Shown here: piece by piece, positions 1 to 9,751 of the stretch
Numbering within the stretch: the first letter of the stretch is position 1
Layout of the letters: each line of letters starts with the position of its first letter
IMG/VR virus record: IMGVR_UViG_3300042386_000720
Span: 1 to 64,000 of that record
DNA from: an uncultured virus (IMG/VR IMGVR_UViG_3300042386_000720)
Taxonomy: Duplodnaviria > Heunggongvirae > Uroviricota > Caudoviricetes
DNA: 64,000 nt
Reading direction: 5' to 3' (one strand)
The notes under the pieces: model-generated
Told to the model about the DNA's origin: nothing
What the model saw: the letters and a program-made list of their open reading frames with translations, nothing else
Database searches by the model: none
Made by a program: the position numbers and the translations under genes

Positions 1-344
1 TCCATAGTGTGTAGGTCTATTGGTTAGTAGACAATACAAATATAAAAAAGAAATTCCGTTTTACAATACATTTATGAAAAATTATTTTACTTTTTTTCTG
101 ACCCTGGTAATCCAAATATATTACTGGGTAATACAAGAATTCCAGTTCGGGGACCTACTGGAAATTAATACTGGGTAAACTCCCCAGTAAAGTAATACGT
201 CCGAACCGTCGCGTCGGAAATTCTAACACACACTATAAACTCCCCAGTAAAGTAATACACCTAACCGGTCGAGGACCTGAGGTATGAACAAAAAAAAGGA
301 TAGTCTTTCGACTACCCTTCTTCACCTTTCCAACCTATGTATTT

Positions 345-905
345 CTACACAACTACTCCTTCTAAATGTCGTAATACGGACTTACCTTCATCCCAACAAT
401 CGTCCTCACTATAATAACTTCCACAACATTCAACTAATGTTTTGTGTTCGTGACCTTTATTACAAGTTTCAATTTCGTAAACTTTGTATTGGTAAACTTC
501 ACCCGTTAAGTATTCATCATAAATTCTAACTTCACTATTCATAATCAAACTTAACTTTTCTTCACCCCTTTCAAATTCTTTACCACACATTAAGTTCAAT
601 TGTTTTTCACTTATGAAAACCCAACCAACTTGTCCACTATCCCATTGACAACTGAACGGACTTGTGGATATAGTTATACCACTATGGTCGTACATATACA
701 AAGGTTTAATCAAAAGGACTTTATGGTCACTTTCAATTTGTGACTTCAATTCATCCCAACTATCAAAGTCAACACTTTTGTAGTCAGTTTTGTCACCAAT
801 ATCGTACCTTTTGTGAAAACAAATCATTGTAGTAATGTTATCCCACTCGGTACGAGGATTCATTGGGTCGTTATCGTGTTCGACAACTAATTCATACTTT
901 CTCAT
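345..905 (-). CDS. Hypothetical phage protein (early-type)
   Basis: ORF MRKYELVVEHDNDPMNPR...; likely ATG at 905, just downstream of a TATATTTG promoter. Confidence 0.8.
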   Translation of the reverse strand: MRKYELVVEHDNDPMNPRTEWDNITTMICFHKRYDIGDKTDYKSVDFDSWDELKSQIESDHKVLLIKPLYMYDHSGITISTSPFSCQWDSGQVGWVFISEKQLNLMCGKEFERGEEKLSLIMNSEVRIYDEYLTGEVYQYKVYEIETCNKGHEHKTLVECCGSYYSEDDCWDEGKSVLRHLEGVVV

Positions 906-926
906 TTTAATGTTTTTTAGTGTACA

Positions 927-956
927 CAAATATACAACTAATTCGGTTATATCAAA
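927..956 (-). promoter_or_regulatory. Bacteroidota sigmaA-type promoter (TTTG...TATATTTG)
   Basis: CAAATATA at 927-934 is TATATTTG on minus, with TTTG ~18 nt upstream. The same -7 element occurs at 37, 2640, 3500, 4434, 5658, 6397 and 7377, and in the RNA island. Confidence 0.8.
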
Positions 957-1135
957 AATAAATTTGTTAAAATATTGTCAAAGAATTTTGGATACCCGTG
1001 AAGGTAAAATAATTTACTGGGATGTATGACAATGATACCCCAGTAATTTTTCGACTCTGTCTTCCTGATGATGAGGTTCTTCTTGTATTACCCAGTAATA
1101 AAAACAGATGGACGGAGATGGAGAAATTCTTGGAC

Positions 1136-1165
1136 AAAAAAAATCCACCCCTTTCGGAGTGGACT
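1136..1165 (-). terminator. Rho-independent terminator
   Basis: tccac...gtgga hairpin with poly-A on + (U-tract on minus); similar hairpins near 2145, 2880, 3695, 4695, 5980 and 7100. Confidence 0.7.
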
Positions 1166-1188
1166 TCGGTTAGTAGGGGAACTAACCT

Positions 1189-1719
1189 TTAAATGAACTC
1201 GTAAATGTTTCCGTTGTATGACACTTCTTTAACATTATCTAAACTTACCGATAAGGTTTGTACCTTTCTTTCACTCGGTTGATTTTTGTAATTGTTGGAC
1301 TTCACTAACCAACTATCAAACAAAGTTTGGTCAATAGGGTTTCCCTCAAATTCAAATTCAACTTTTGGTTTCACTTCCATAAACCACTCGTATTGAAGAT
1401 AATACTTTTTTGTATTTTCGTTGTAAAGGATAACATTGTTGATATGGTTACCAACTTTATTTTCACTTACTTGAAAATTACCTTCACCACCACCCTTAAT
1501 TTCGTTACCCTTTACTCGTTGTTCGTACTCACCACCGATTAAAACTCTAACCGATTTTTTCTTCACAACTTTTCCATAATACTTGTTCAAACCTTCCCTA
1601 CCCCCTTTGTTCATTTTTGGGATAGTGTGTGTAACTAAATTCATAAATGTAGGATTTTTAACCTCGTTCATCATTTTGATAAACTCACCTTGTAGGATTT
1701 TGAAACGATTTTTTTTCAT
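1189..1719 (-). CDS. Hypothetical phage protein
   Basis: 176-aa ORF between promoter and terminator. Confidence 0.8.
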   Translation of the reverse strand: MKKNRFKILQGEFIKMMNEVKNPTFMNLVTHTIPKMNKGGREGLNKYYGKVVKKKSVRVLIGGEYEQRVKGNEIKGGGEGNFQVSENKVGNHINNVILYNENTKKYYLQYEWFMEVKPKVEFEFEGNPIDQTLFDSWLVKSNNYKNQPSERKVQTLSVSLDNVKEVSYNGNIYEFI

Positions 1720-1796
1720 AACATTATTTTGTTTATTTTTTCAATACTCTAAATTACAACTTTTATCCAATATAACAAAATATATTTAATATTTTT

Positions 1797-1840
1797 TTAT
1801 CCACATTCTTAATTTTTTTTTGTGGACAAATTGTGGATAA
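1797..1840. promoter_or_regulatory. Three DnaA-box-like sites
   Basis: TTATCCACA 1797-1805, TGTGGACAA 1821-1829 (1 mismatch), TGTGGATAA 1832-1840. Confidence 0.6.
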
Positions 1841-2196
1841 CTTTTTTCCCCTTGATCCAGAAATAAATTACTGGGGACTCTCTGACATAAAATCTGTCCC
1901 GTTCAGGAAAACAATACTGGGGAAAACGAAAAAACATGTATCGATGTGTTGATGCAGGAAAACAATACTGGGGACGTAAAGAAAAAAAATCTGTAGATCT
2001 ACCTGTTCGATATTACTGGGGGTGTAATACGTTTTTACCCCAGGAAACTTTTCCTGGATGATCAGATTCAAGGTTCATTGTTGTGTAATACCCCAGTATA
2101 GTTTTCCTGGAGACTCGGTTCCACCCACACTTCTTAAAAACAAAAAACCCCACAACTAAAAGTCGTAGGGTTTCTAAAATAATTGTGTTGAGTCTA

Positions 2197-2406
2197 TTAC
2201 ATTATTTCAAACTTATCTTCTTCGGGAATTACGGATAAACTCCTTCCGTTATCCCAATCCACACCATAGTAACCCATATCATCAACGAATACAATCGTAC
2301 CCATTGTGTTAGGTTGAATAGGGTTTGTCTTTGGGTCATCATCCATTAGAATTAATCTAATTCTTTTACCAACTAATTGTTTTCTGATTTTTAATAGTTC
2401 AAACAT
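2197..2406 (-). CDS. DUF4314-like small protein
   Basis: GKRIRLILMDD...GTIVFVDD.G...VDWDNGRSLSVIP pattern. Confidence 0.75.
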   Translation of the reverse strand: MFELLKIRKQLVGKRIRLILMDDDPKTNPIQPNTMGTIVFVDDMGYYGVDWDNGRSLSVIPEEDKFEIM

Positions 2407-2417
2407 TGTTATAGGTT

Positions 2418-2618
2418 TTATTCGTTAGAAAATAACATTTCCAATAAACCTAAAACGACAGGATGTACCTCATTATTGTTTGAGTCCCCCCATTGTTTGA
2501 CTTCCCCATTTTCTTGGATGTGAAAGTTTGTCTTTGTACCATCGGTCAGTTTAAACCAACCCTTAACCTCATTGTTCCCAATGAAATTGAATTTTTGTGT
2601 TGTGATTTGTGTAGTCAT
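2418..2618 (-). CDS. Hypothetical protein
   Basis: ORF from ATG 2618 (MTTQITTQK), after the promoter at 2640. Confidence 0.7.
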   Translation of the reverse strand: MTTQITTQKFNFIGNNEVKGWFKLTDGTKTNFHIQENGEVKQWGDSNNNEVHPVVLGLLEMLFSNE

Positions 2619-2942
2619 TTTGTTTAAATGTTTAGTACCCAAATATACAAATATTATTTTTATATAAAAAGTTTTTTTGTTAAAATTTTGTGAAAGAATT
2701 TTTCCCGTGTTGTTACATTGCTTTTATTACTGGGGTAATACGAAGATGTAGTTTTTTACAAGCAGACGACACGACATTACTGGGAAATGTCATACGTTCA
2801 TCCCAGTAAAATTGTCCCATCTGCATTGTTGTAACGGCAGTTGCGTTTGCGCTGATTCGGTAATACACCTAAAAAGAGAAACCCCCACCATTTCTGATGA
2901 GGGCTCACTTACTAACCACACTATTAAACAAAACTATTGTCT

Positions 2943-3089
2943 TTACATATCGTACGCAAATGTAGGGATAAAAAACCAAAACATAAAGTAAAATGTTCCA
3001 ATTATTAATATCAAACTAAAAATTGCATCCCAAAATTCCCTTTTGTCTTCCTTGTAGACCTCAATAATCGTCTTTATCATATCTTTCAT
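2943..3089 (-). CDS. Small membrane protein
   Basis: MKDMIKT... with a C-terminal TM helix; directly follows the upstream gene. Confidence 0.6.
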   Translation of the reverse strand: MKDMIKTIIEVYKEDKREFWDAIFSLILIIGTFYFMFWFFIPTFAYDM

Positions 3090-3090
3090 C

Positions 3091-3450
3091 TTAATATGTG
3101 TTTTGATTATAGGTATCATACGTATTATAATTTCTTTGTCGATTGTTTTCTCGATACTCATTACGAGGAACACGTTGAGGGTATCTTGGTCGTTGTATGA
3201 AGGAGTTTTCCATTTGTTCATCAATCGGTTGAACATTCCAATCTAAATCCATTTGTTTAGAATTTGCCCAATGAATGTTATAAATTGTTTCAAGTCGTTC
3301 AGTTACAATGATATAACTATTCTCGTTGAAGTGAACTTTGGTTACAGGCTCGCCCGTATTCTTGTCAATGATTTCATACATTGAGTGCACATTTTGTGGA
3401 TTCATTACCACTGGTCGTTTTGAATTTGAATTTGTCAGTTTAATTAACAT
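3091..3450 (-). CDS. Hypothetical protein (FlbD-like N-terminus)
   Basis: MLIKLTN...PVVMNPQNV...TKVHF...IIVTE pattern. Confidence 0.65.
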   Translation of the reverse strand: MLIKLTNSNSKRPVVMNPQNVHSMYEIIDKNTGEPVTKVHFNENSYIIVTERLETIYNIHWANSKQMDLDWNVQPIDEQMENSFIQRPRYPQRVPRNEYRENNRQRNYNTYDTYNQNTY

Positions 3451-3736
3451 AACATTTACATTTTAAAGTGAATAAAATACTATTTCCTTTTTGTTGATAC
3501 AAAGATATAACAATAATATTAAACCACCAAATTTATTTAAAGAAATTTATCTAATGGTTCCGACGCCGTAAATGTATTACTGGGGAATGAGTATAATGTA
3601 AAATCTGTGGTTCCTCCTGAAATCAATTACTGGGTAATACGTCCCCCAGTAATAAATCTGAATCGACGGGAGAACAAGAAATCTTGGGCATAAAAAAACC
3701 TCCGTAGAAACGGAGGTCAGTTTTTCAAGAACAATA

Positions 3737-4405
3737 CTATTTTATTCGTCTTACAATAACCAAAACCATCGCTGCTCCCTTACTACTTCCGTTATTGTTG
3801 TCGGTATATTCGAAAATGTTCTCAATGTCATACTTGTAACCACCCTCACGATTAATAAAAGTTTTGATAACCCTCATAGTTTTACCATTGTCTTGACCTT
3901 TCGGTATTTGATAAGTGTTTAACTTATCGATAGTATTACAAAAAATTGTAGAAGGTCCTGGTGTAATTCGTTTGTTGAATGTTAGGGATATAGTACCATC
4001 CACCTCGATAATATCGTTTCTAAAAATGTATTGGAGTTCCTGGTGAAATGTACCAATTTGACCACAATAGTCCAATATCAAATGGCTATACTCCCCTTTG
4101 TTTGCATTGTATATAATATCCCCGATTGAACCAAAATAAAGTGAAGGAGTTTTCCCAACGAAATACTTCATTTTTTGTTTCTTGATATTTCGTTTTAATT
4201 TGTCGAAGGTTAGTTCATCTCGTTCGCACATAACATACCGATACTTTCTGGATACATCCTGGTAAATTGTTTTTTCAATTTCAAAATGTTCAGCTGGCAA
4301 AGATAGGATTTTGTAGTTCTTTGTTTCCGAGTTGTGGATTGCTTCGACCATTATATTCCTGGCCGTACTCTTGTTCGTTCCTTTGTGATTGTTGAAGGTG
4401 TTCAT
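3737..4405 (-). CDS. Hypothetical protein, possible SAM-methyltransferase-like fold
   Basis: 222 aa; ILSLPA...VMCERD...LILDYCG resembles Rossmann MTase motifs (weak). Confidence 0.6.
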   Translation of the reverse strand: MNTFNNHKGTNKSTARNIMVEAIHNSETKNYKILSLPAEHFEIEKTIYQDVSRKYRYVMCERDELTFDKLKRNIKKQKMKYFVGKTPSLYFGSIGDIIYNANKGEYSHLILDYCGQIGTFHQELQYIFRNDIIEVDGTISLTFNKRITPGPSTIFCNTIDKLNTYQIPKGQDNGKTMRVIKTFINREGGYKYDIENIFEYTDNNNGSSKGAAMVLVIVRRIK

Positions 4406-4740
4406 ATCATAACATTAAAGATTAAAGAATACACAAATATAAAACTAATTCCATTATATACAAAATAAATCTGTTAATCTTTTCTAAAAATTTATTAACC
4501 GGTCTGAAGGGAAATATTTTACTGGGAAAAATGAAGACGAAGAATTTCTGTAAAAATAAAAAATCATTTACTGGGATGTTCTACCCAGTAATCTAATACT
4601 GATGGTCATCGGAGATTTCTTCAGACTTCACGAAGCATAACCCAGTAAAATATCCGGATGGGAAGATGATGTAGAAATTCTTGGACATAAAAAAAGGGAT
4701 ATCATTTCTGATACCCCAATTTTCACTAACACCACAAATA

Positions 4741-4998
4741 CTAATCTTTATAAATGATTTTATTTGTAATGTCTTTTATAATCTCTCGTATTGTATTACC
4801 CTTAACCTTGTTTTCAATTAAACAACAATAAATGTCGGTTATAACTTTGTGAGTATGTTTAAAATCTTTATACACCTCACGTTTTCTATCCCCATTTTTA
4901 ATTGTTATTCTTGTACTTTCCCAAAGAGGAGTGTTATTAACGTAAATTGATATAATAAAGTTTTCGTCCGAGTAATACGACCTTCTATATCTTTCCAT
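4741..4998 (-). CDS. Hypothetical protein
   Basis: ORF directly following the upstream gene. Confidence 0.65.
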   Translation of the reverse strand: MERYRRSYYSDENFIISIYVNNTPLWESTRITIKNGDRKREVYKDFKHTHKVITDIYCCLIENKVKGNTIREIIKDITNKIIYKD

Positions 4999-4999
4999 A

Positions 5000-5635
5000 T
5001 TATTTAGTTATTATACCCAACTTATGTAGGTCGTTGTAATTAAATGTGTCGTTCAACTTCTTACCGAATATGTTTTCATAAATAATTTCCATATTGGATT
5101 TATTTAACTTCGGTTTCTTAATTCCGTACTTCTCACAAAGTTTTACAAAGTTTCGTGTATCACAAACAATATCAACATTTCTATTTTCTTCATCGTTAAA
5201 CCAATGATTACCCCACTTTGTACCAACCCCACCTACACCGATAGTACAATACTTAAACCCACCACAATCCCAATAATAATGTTTTTCAGTATTTCCGTCA
5301 TACACTTTGGTAATTAGAACAAAGGTATTCTCATTGTTCCAATGTTTTCTAACCACGATTTGACCTTCAACGAATTTTTTAGTGTCTTTCTTAACAATTT
5401 TTTTGGTTAATCTTTCCACTTCTTCTTCGTAGATTTTTCTTCTCATCATATAATTGTTGAACATATTATCCTTGATTTTATCCACTCTACTAACGAAAGA
5501 GGTTTCACTTTGATAATACTTGTTCTCCAATTCTTTGATTTTTTCTTTTGTCATCAAGATTTCATTTTCGAAATTTCTTAATGTTGTCGTTTCGTTTTTA
5601 CGAGGTCGACCAACCTTTCTTTTTAATGTTTCCAT
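5000..5635 (-). CDS. Hypothetical protein with AT-hook-like KVGRPRK and coiled coil
   Basis: 211-aa ORF after the promoter at 5658. Confidence 0.75.
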   Translation of the reverse strand: METLKRKVGRPRKNETTTLRNFENEILMTKEKIKELENKYYQSETSFVSRVDKIKDNMFNNYMMRRKIYEEEVERLTKKIVKKDTKKFVEGQIVVRKHWNNENTFVLITKVYDGNTEKHYYWDCGGFKYCTIGVGGVGTKWGNHWFNDEENRNVDIVCDTRNFVKLCEKYGIKKPKLNKSNMEIIYENIFGKKLNDTFNYNDLHKLGIITK

Positions 5636-6035
5636 TTGTTTATGTGTTTAGTGTCCACAAATATAAAACTAATTTCATTATATACAAAATAAAAATGTTA
5701 AAACTTTCTAAAAATTTATTAACCGGTAAACGGGGGATAATGTATTACTGGGGAAATGAAGATGAAGAATTCCTCAAGAGGTGAAAACGATTTTACTGGG
5801 ATGTATTACCCAGTAATTGATTTACGTCCATGATGGTCCCACGACTCGTAGTTTTCTTCACATATCCCAGTAATGTAATACCGGTGATCGTTATAAATTT
5901 CCTCAGACTCTATCTTCAATATCCCAGTAATATGTCATACCTGTCCAACAGTGTGACGGAGATTCTTCCACAAACAAAAATCCCCCGAACTAAAAGTCCG
6001 AGGGATTCAACCAAAAAACCTATGAAAACATAAAC

Positions 6036-6374
6036 CTAACTCTCAATCAACTTATCGATAACATCAACCAATTCATCAAACATAATGTCGTTGTCAATTG
6101 TTTCAATCACAACCATCATATCATTTATCAATCGAACTTCATAATAATCTAAACCATTCAAAGTAATCAATACGAATTGTTTCCACTTCATACCATTAAC
6201 TTTCAATAGAATACCTTTAACATAACCATCATCGGTAAGACCGATTCGGATAAGTTTTTTAACACCCCAACACATATAAGGTACACCCCCTTGTGTTCTT
6301 GTCAATACATACAAAGTTTGATTTGGGTCGAACTCTCGTACACCCAACTCCATTAGTGTTTGTTCAGTAGTCAT
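6036..6374 (-). CDS. Hypothetical phage protein
   Basis: 112-aa ORF after the promoter at 6397. Confidence 0.75.
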   Translation of the reverse strand: MTTEQTLMELGVREFDPNQTLYVLTRTQGGVPYMCWGVKKLIRIGLTDDGYVKGILLKVNGMKWKQFVLITLNGLDYYEVRLINDMMVVIETIDNDIMFDELVDVIDKLIES

Positions 6375-6429
6375 TTCATTTTGTTTTTAGTGTATACAAA
6401 TATAACACTATTACCAGTTTATTCCAAAA

Positions 6430-7095
6430 TAAATCTGTTAAACTTTTGTGAAGGTGAGGTTCCCATGAAATATATTCCTGGGGTAACACCCCAGTAAAGT
6501 TATTTGAAAAATCCATTGAAATTTTTTTATATCCCCCAGTAAGGTTTTTTTGAAAACCAGGAAAAATTTTTTTTTTCTTCGTAAAAATAATATTACTGGG
6601 GTGTTGAAATAAAAAAAACTCAAAAAAAATTTGGTTGTACTGGAATTAGTAAAAAATCGGAGAAAAGTAAAACTATATTACTGGGGTGACGAAATGAATA
6701 TTTTTTTTTTTAGAATATAAAGATAAAAATTTTTTTTGTTGTTTACAAACTTTTTTTATTACTGGGGTAACTTTTTTTAATGACCCAAAAATCCAGAAAA
6801 CCCTGGAAATCCGAAAACATTACTAGGGTAACTTTTTCTGATCGTCGGAAAATTTTATTAATAACCTTACTGGGTTGTTTTCCAGTTGAGTCATCTACCG
6901 GATGTCGTGAAAAACATTCCTGGGGTAACAACCCAGTAACCAATTCCTGAAATCGGAGAATTTTTTTTTCATCTCGTTGGCATTACCCCAGTAAACAAAA
7001 ACAAGGATCAGAAAAAAAATCAGGTTTCCTTCCAAAATAACCCAGTAAGGTTTCTTGTAAAAGTTACCGTGTCGTGGACGAGGAGTGGGAGAAAT
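6430..7095. other. Non-coding AT-rich region dense in TTACTGGG motifs (candidate origin/terminus region)
   Basis: No credible ORF; long A/T runs; about 10 motif copies. Confidence 0.5.
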
Positions 7096-7151
7096 AAAAA
7101 ACCCCCACCGAATTAACGATGAGGGTTAGGGGGAGGGGGAGAACTAATCTT

Positions 7152-7358
7152 TTATTTTGAATCTGTGTTAGGAACACTAATTAATATTAACAATACACCG
7201 AATAAGAATACCATTGTCCATAAGGTACCTATCCAATTATAACTACTATCAAGTTGAATACTCCCGTCATCAACCAAAAAACCGAGGAATAGGAGTAGGG
7301 AACATACGGACACCAATGTCATTCCGACATTGAACATTCTGTTATAAGTTTTTTTCAT
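7152..7358 (-). CDS. Two-TM small membrane protein
   Basis: MKKTYNRMF... with two hydrophobic helices; promoter at 7377. Confidence 0.7.
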   Translation of the reverse strand: MKKTYNRMFNVGMTLVSVCSLLLFLGFLVDDGSIQLDSSYNWIGTLWTMVFLFGVLLILISVPNTDSK

Positions 7359-7721
7359 ATCATTTGATTTAGAAGACAAAGATATAACATTAGTTTCATT
7401 ATACCAAATACTAATGTTAATGTTTTCATAAGGTTCATGGGACCTCAGGATACACAGGGGACTTATTACTGGGTAGACCTCCCTATACCCATAGGTGGGG
7501 GGTCCCCCCTCCCCGTATCCCCCCTTATATAGGGGGTATTTTGACATCCTAATAGGGGGGTCAATGCCGTAACAGAAATTTTTCCGGAAATTTTTTGAGA
7601 AATTTAAGGTTTTCCACTGCTCACATTTAAGACTTTTTACTGTGCACATTTAAGATTTAAAAATAAAAATTTTTGGGATTTTTTTGGGGAATTCGACTTT
7701 TTTGAGTATATTATATACCAT

Positions 7722-8228
7722 ATGAGAATCTGTATAGAATGTAATATTAATAAAGATTTAACTGAATATCGAGACAATCGAAGAAAATGTAAATCATGTT
7801 ATAATAAAAGACGACACGTTCAAAAGAAGAGTAGGATACAAACGGATGAAGTGTATCGTGAAAAGGTTAAGGAATGGGACCGAAAAAAAATGAAACGTAG
7901 ACGTTCTGAAACAGACACTTTATTTTATTATAAAGAAATGTGTAGAAATATTTGTAGAAATTCATTTAAACGAAAGAACTTTATTAAGACAAGTAAAACT
8001 GGTGAATTATTAGGTTGTGATTGGTTAACATTTAAAGTATACATAGAATCCAAATGGCAAGATGGAATGACGTGGGATAACCATTCTTTAAAAGGTTGGC
8101 ATATTGATCATATCATACCTATCGATTTTGGGAAGACTCCTGAGGATGTTGCTAAACTATGTCACTATACAAACCTCCAACCATTGTGGGCAGAAGACAA
8201 CTGGGAGAAGTCCAATAAAATTCTATAA
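7722..8228 (+). CDS. HNH endonuclease
   Basis: N-terminal CxxC/CxxC; WHIDHIIP...HYTNLQPLWAEDNWEKSNK. Confidence 0.9.
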   Translation: MRICIECNINKDLTEYRDNRRKCKSCYNKRRHVQKKSRIQTDEVYREKVKEWDRKKMKRRRSETDTLFYYKEMCRNICRNSFKRKNFIKTSKTGELLGCDWLTFKVYIESKWQDGMTWDNHSLKGWHIDHIIPIDFGKTPEDVAKLCHYTNLQPLWAEDNWEKSNKIL

Positions 8229-8351
8229 ATTAGAACTATATTTCTAATTCCTATAATATCCCTATACATTCGGGGGGTAAAAACTTGTAAATGGAAATAT
8301 ATGTCTAAAAAGTGAAAAAAAAATTTTCCAGATTTTTTTATATTTATTACT

Positions 8352-8837
8352 ATGAATAATAAGATTATAAGACTTACGGAATCTGATTTGAAAAGATACA
8401 TTAGTAAAATTATTAAAGAAAATACCAATAGAGTAGATTACGAAAAGAAACTATTAGAATTAAATAATACCTACAATAAACTTTTAGGTTGCCAATTTCT
8501 TTCAAACTTTGATATTAAAAAAGATTTACACTTGATTGAAAAGGATATTCCTAAAAAGGATCCACTTACAGGAAAAATGGGATTACATAAAATTTGTCAA
8601 GGTCTTATAAATGTCCCTATGAGAAATGTACCAATTAAAGATAGACACAAATCAGGAGGTAAGATATGGATTCATTTTACAAAAACAAATAAATCAATTG
8701 ATGAAATCCGTGATTTAATACAACAAGGCGATCCAAAAATTATTGGTATGATACAAAATAAAATTAAGGAACATTCAGAAAGATTTTATCAATGTAGTCA
8801 ATTCGACGATAATCACACAGATTGGGCATCAGAATAA
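8352..8837 (+). CDS. Hypothetical protein with KIIRLTESDL N-terminal motif
   Basis: ORF; TATTTAT immediately upstream. Confidence 0.8.
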   Translation: MNNKIIRLTESDLKRYISKIIKENTNRVDYEKKLLELNNTYNKLLGCQFLSNFDIKKDLHLIEKDIPKKDPLTGKMGLHKICQGLINVPMRNVPIKDRHKSGGKIWIHFTKTNKSIDEIRDLIQQGDPKIIGMIQNKIKEHSERFYQCSQFDDNHTDWASE

Positions 8838-8874
8838 AAATTTCAGGATATTTATAAAAAAAACAAATACTACA

Positions 8875-9297
8875 ATGTACAAAAACTTTAATTTAACAGA
8901 AGAGGAAAGAAAACAAATATTGGAACAACATGCCACATATGGTTATAGACAACCATTAAATGAATCAGCATCAGCAATGGCGGCAGATGCAATCGCAAAG
9001 GCGAAGAGTGGTCAGGGAAACTCATCAATTGCAGGTGAAATTACAAACTGTATTACAAGTAATGGTTATACTCACTTAGCAATTTTAACTACAGGTGCTG
9101 GAGCAACAGCACTAGGAGCGTTAGCCGCTCTATTTGCATCAGGTGCGGGTACCATTCCAGCTTTAATTATTGCAGCTGCAGGTGCAATCATGGTGACCAT
9201 TGAAGGATTTTTAACATCAAGTGGTAGTGGTTCTGCAAGTGTTACTTCAGAATTGACTGATTTACATAGTTGTTTAAAAAGTAAAAAGGTTATTTAA
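8875..9297 (+). CDS. Hypothetical protein with hydrophobic Ala/Gly-rich segment (possible virion/ejection protein)
   Basis: FNLTEEE motif, LNES site, long hydrophobic stretch. Confidence 0.8.
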   Translation: MYKNFNLTEEERKQILEQHATYGYRQPLNESASAMAADAIAKAKSGQGNSSIAGEITNCITSNGYTHLAILTTGAGATALGALAALFASGAGTIPALIIAAAGAIMVTIEGFLTSSGSGSASVTSELTDLHSCLKSKKVI

Positions 9298-9365
9298 TAT
9301 CTAAAACTAACTCCTTATATGAAAAACCCTCCTACACGGAGGGTTTTTTTATGTATTTATACTAT

Positions 9366-9596
9366 ATGACATATCAAGTGGTAGATGTTCCCAAATCAAT
9401 TAACTGTGAGAACTGTGTTCCATGTATGAGAATTAGACTCATGGAGATGGGATTTATATCAGGACAAGACATTGAGGTTGGAGAGAGGAAGTTAGGTCTT
9501 CACGTAGTTCATATGGTATCAGAAAACGGACATATTGAACAGACCTTTGCACTAAGACCAGAAGAATTGGGAAGAATTTGTTTAAATCAAAAATAA
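9366..9596 (+). CDS. FeoA-domain (SH3-like) protein
   Basis: RLMEMGFISGQDIEV...FALRPEE matches the FeoA pattern. Confidence 0.75.
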   Translation: MTYQVVDVPKSINCENCVPCMRIRLMEMGFISGQDIEVGERKLGLHVVHMVSENGHIEQTFALRPEELGRICLNQK

Positions 9597-9627
9597 TTTA
9601 TTTTTATACAAATTTTAGATATTTATT

Positions 9628-9686
9628 CTAGTATACTAGCTTCTAGAGTACTAGAACTAGAATAAAGAAACTAGAAATAATACTAG
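9628..9686. repeat. CTAG tetramer cluster (7 copies in 59 bp)
   Basis: CTAG at 9628, 9636, 9643, 9651, 9657, 9671 and 9683. Confidence 0.85.
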
Positions 9687-9751
9687 AATATACTGGGCAC
9701 AAATTTAATCCTCTCAACGTAGAGGTTTTTTTATGTATATTTATATACAGT

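Larger units (their letters stand above)
121..7473. repeat. Dispersed intergenic TTACTGGG/CCCAGTAA motif clusters (~35-40 copies)
   Basis: Copies at 121,184,244,1014,1038,1091,1868,2013,2727,2777,2802,3577,3627,3644,4519,4568,4584,4641,5745,5793,5809,5866,5923, many in 6490-7050, and 7466; essentially confined to intergenic DNA. Confidence 0.95.

Noticed and set aside
6438..6943. ORFs 6438-6623 and 6743-6943 (also 1868-2071 and 5830-6033)
   Set aside because: Translations of motif-rich intergenic DNA with atypical composition and no start context.
121..7473. CRISPR array interpretation of the TTACTGGG repeats
   Set aside because: The conserved core is only about 8 bp, occurs in both orientations and is interrupted by genes; no cas genes are in the window.
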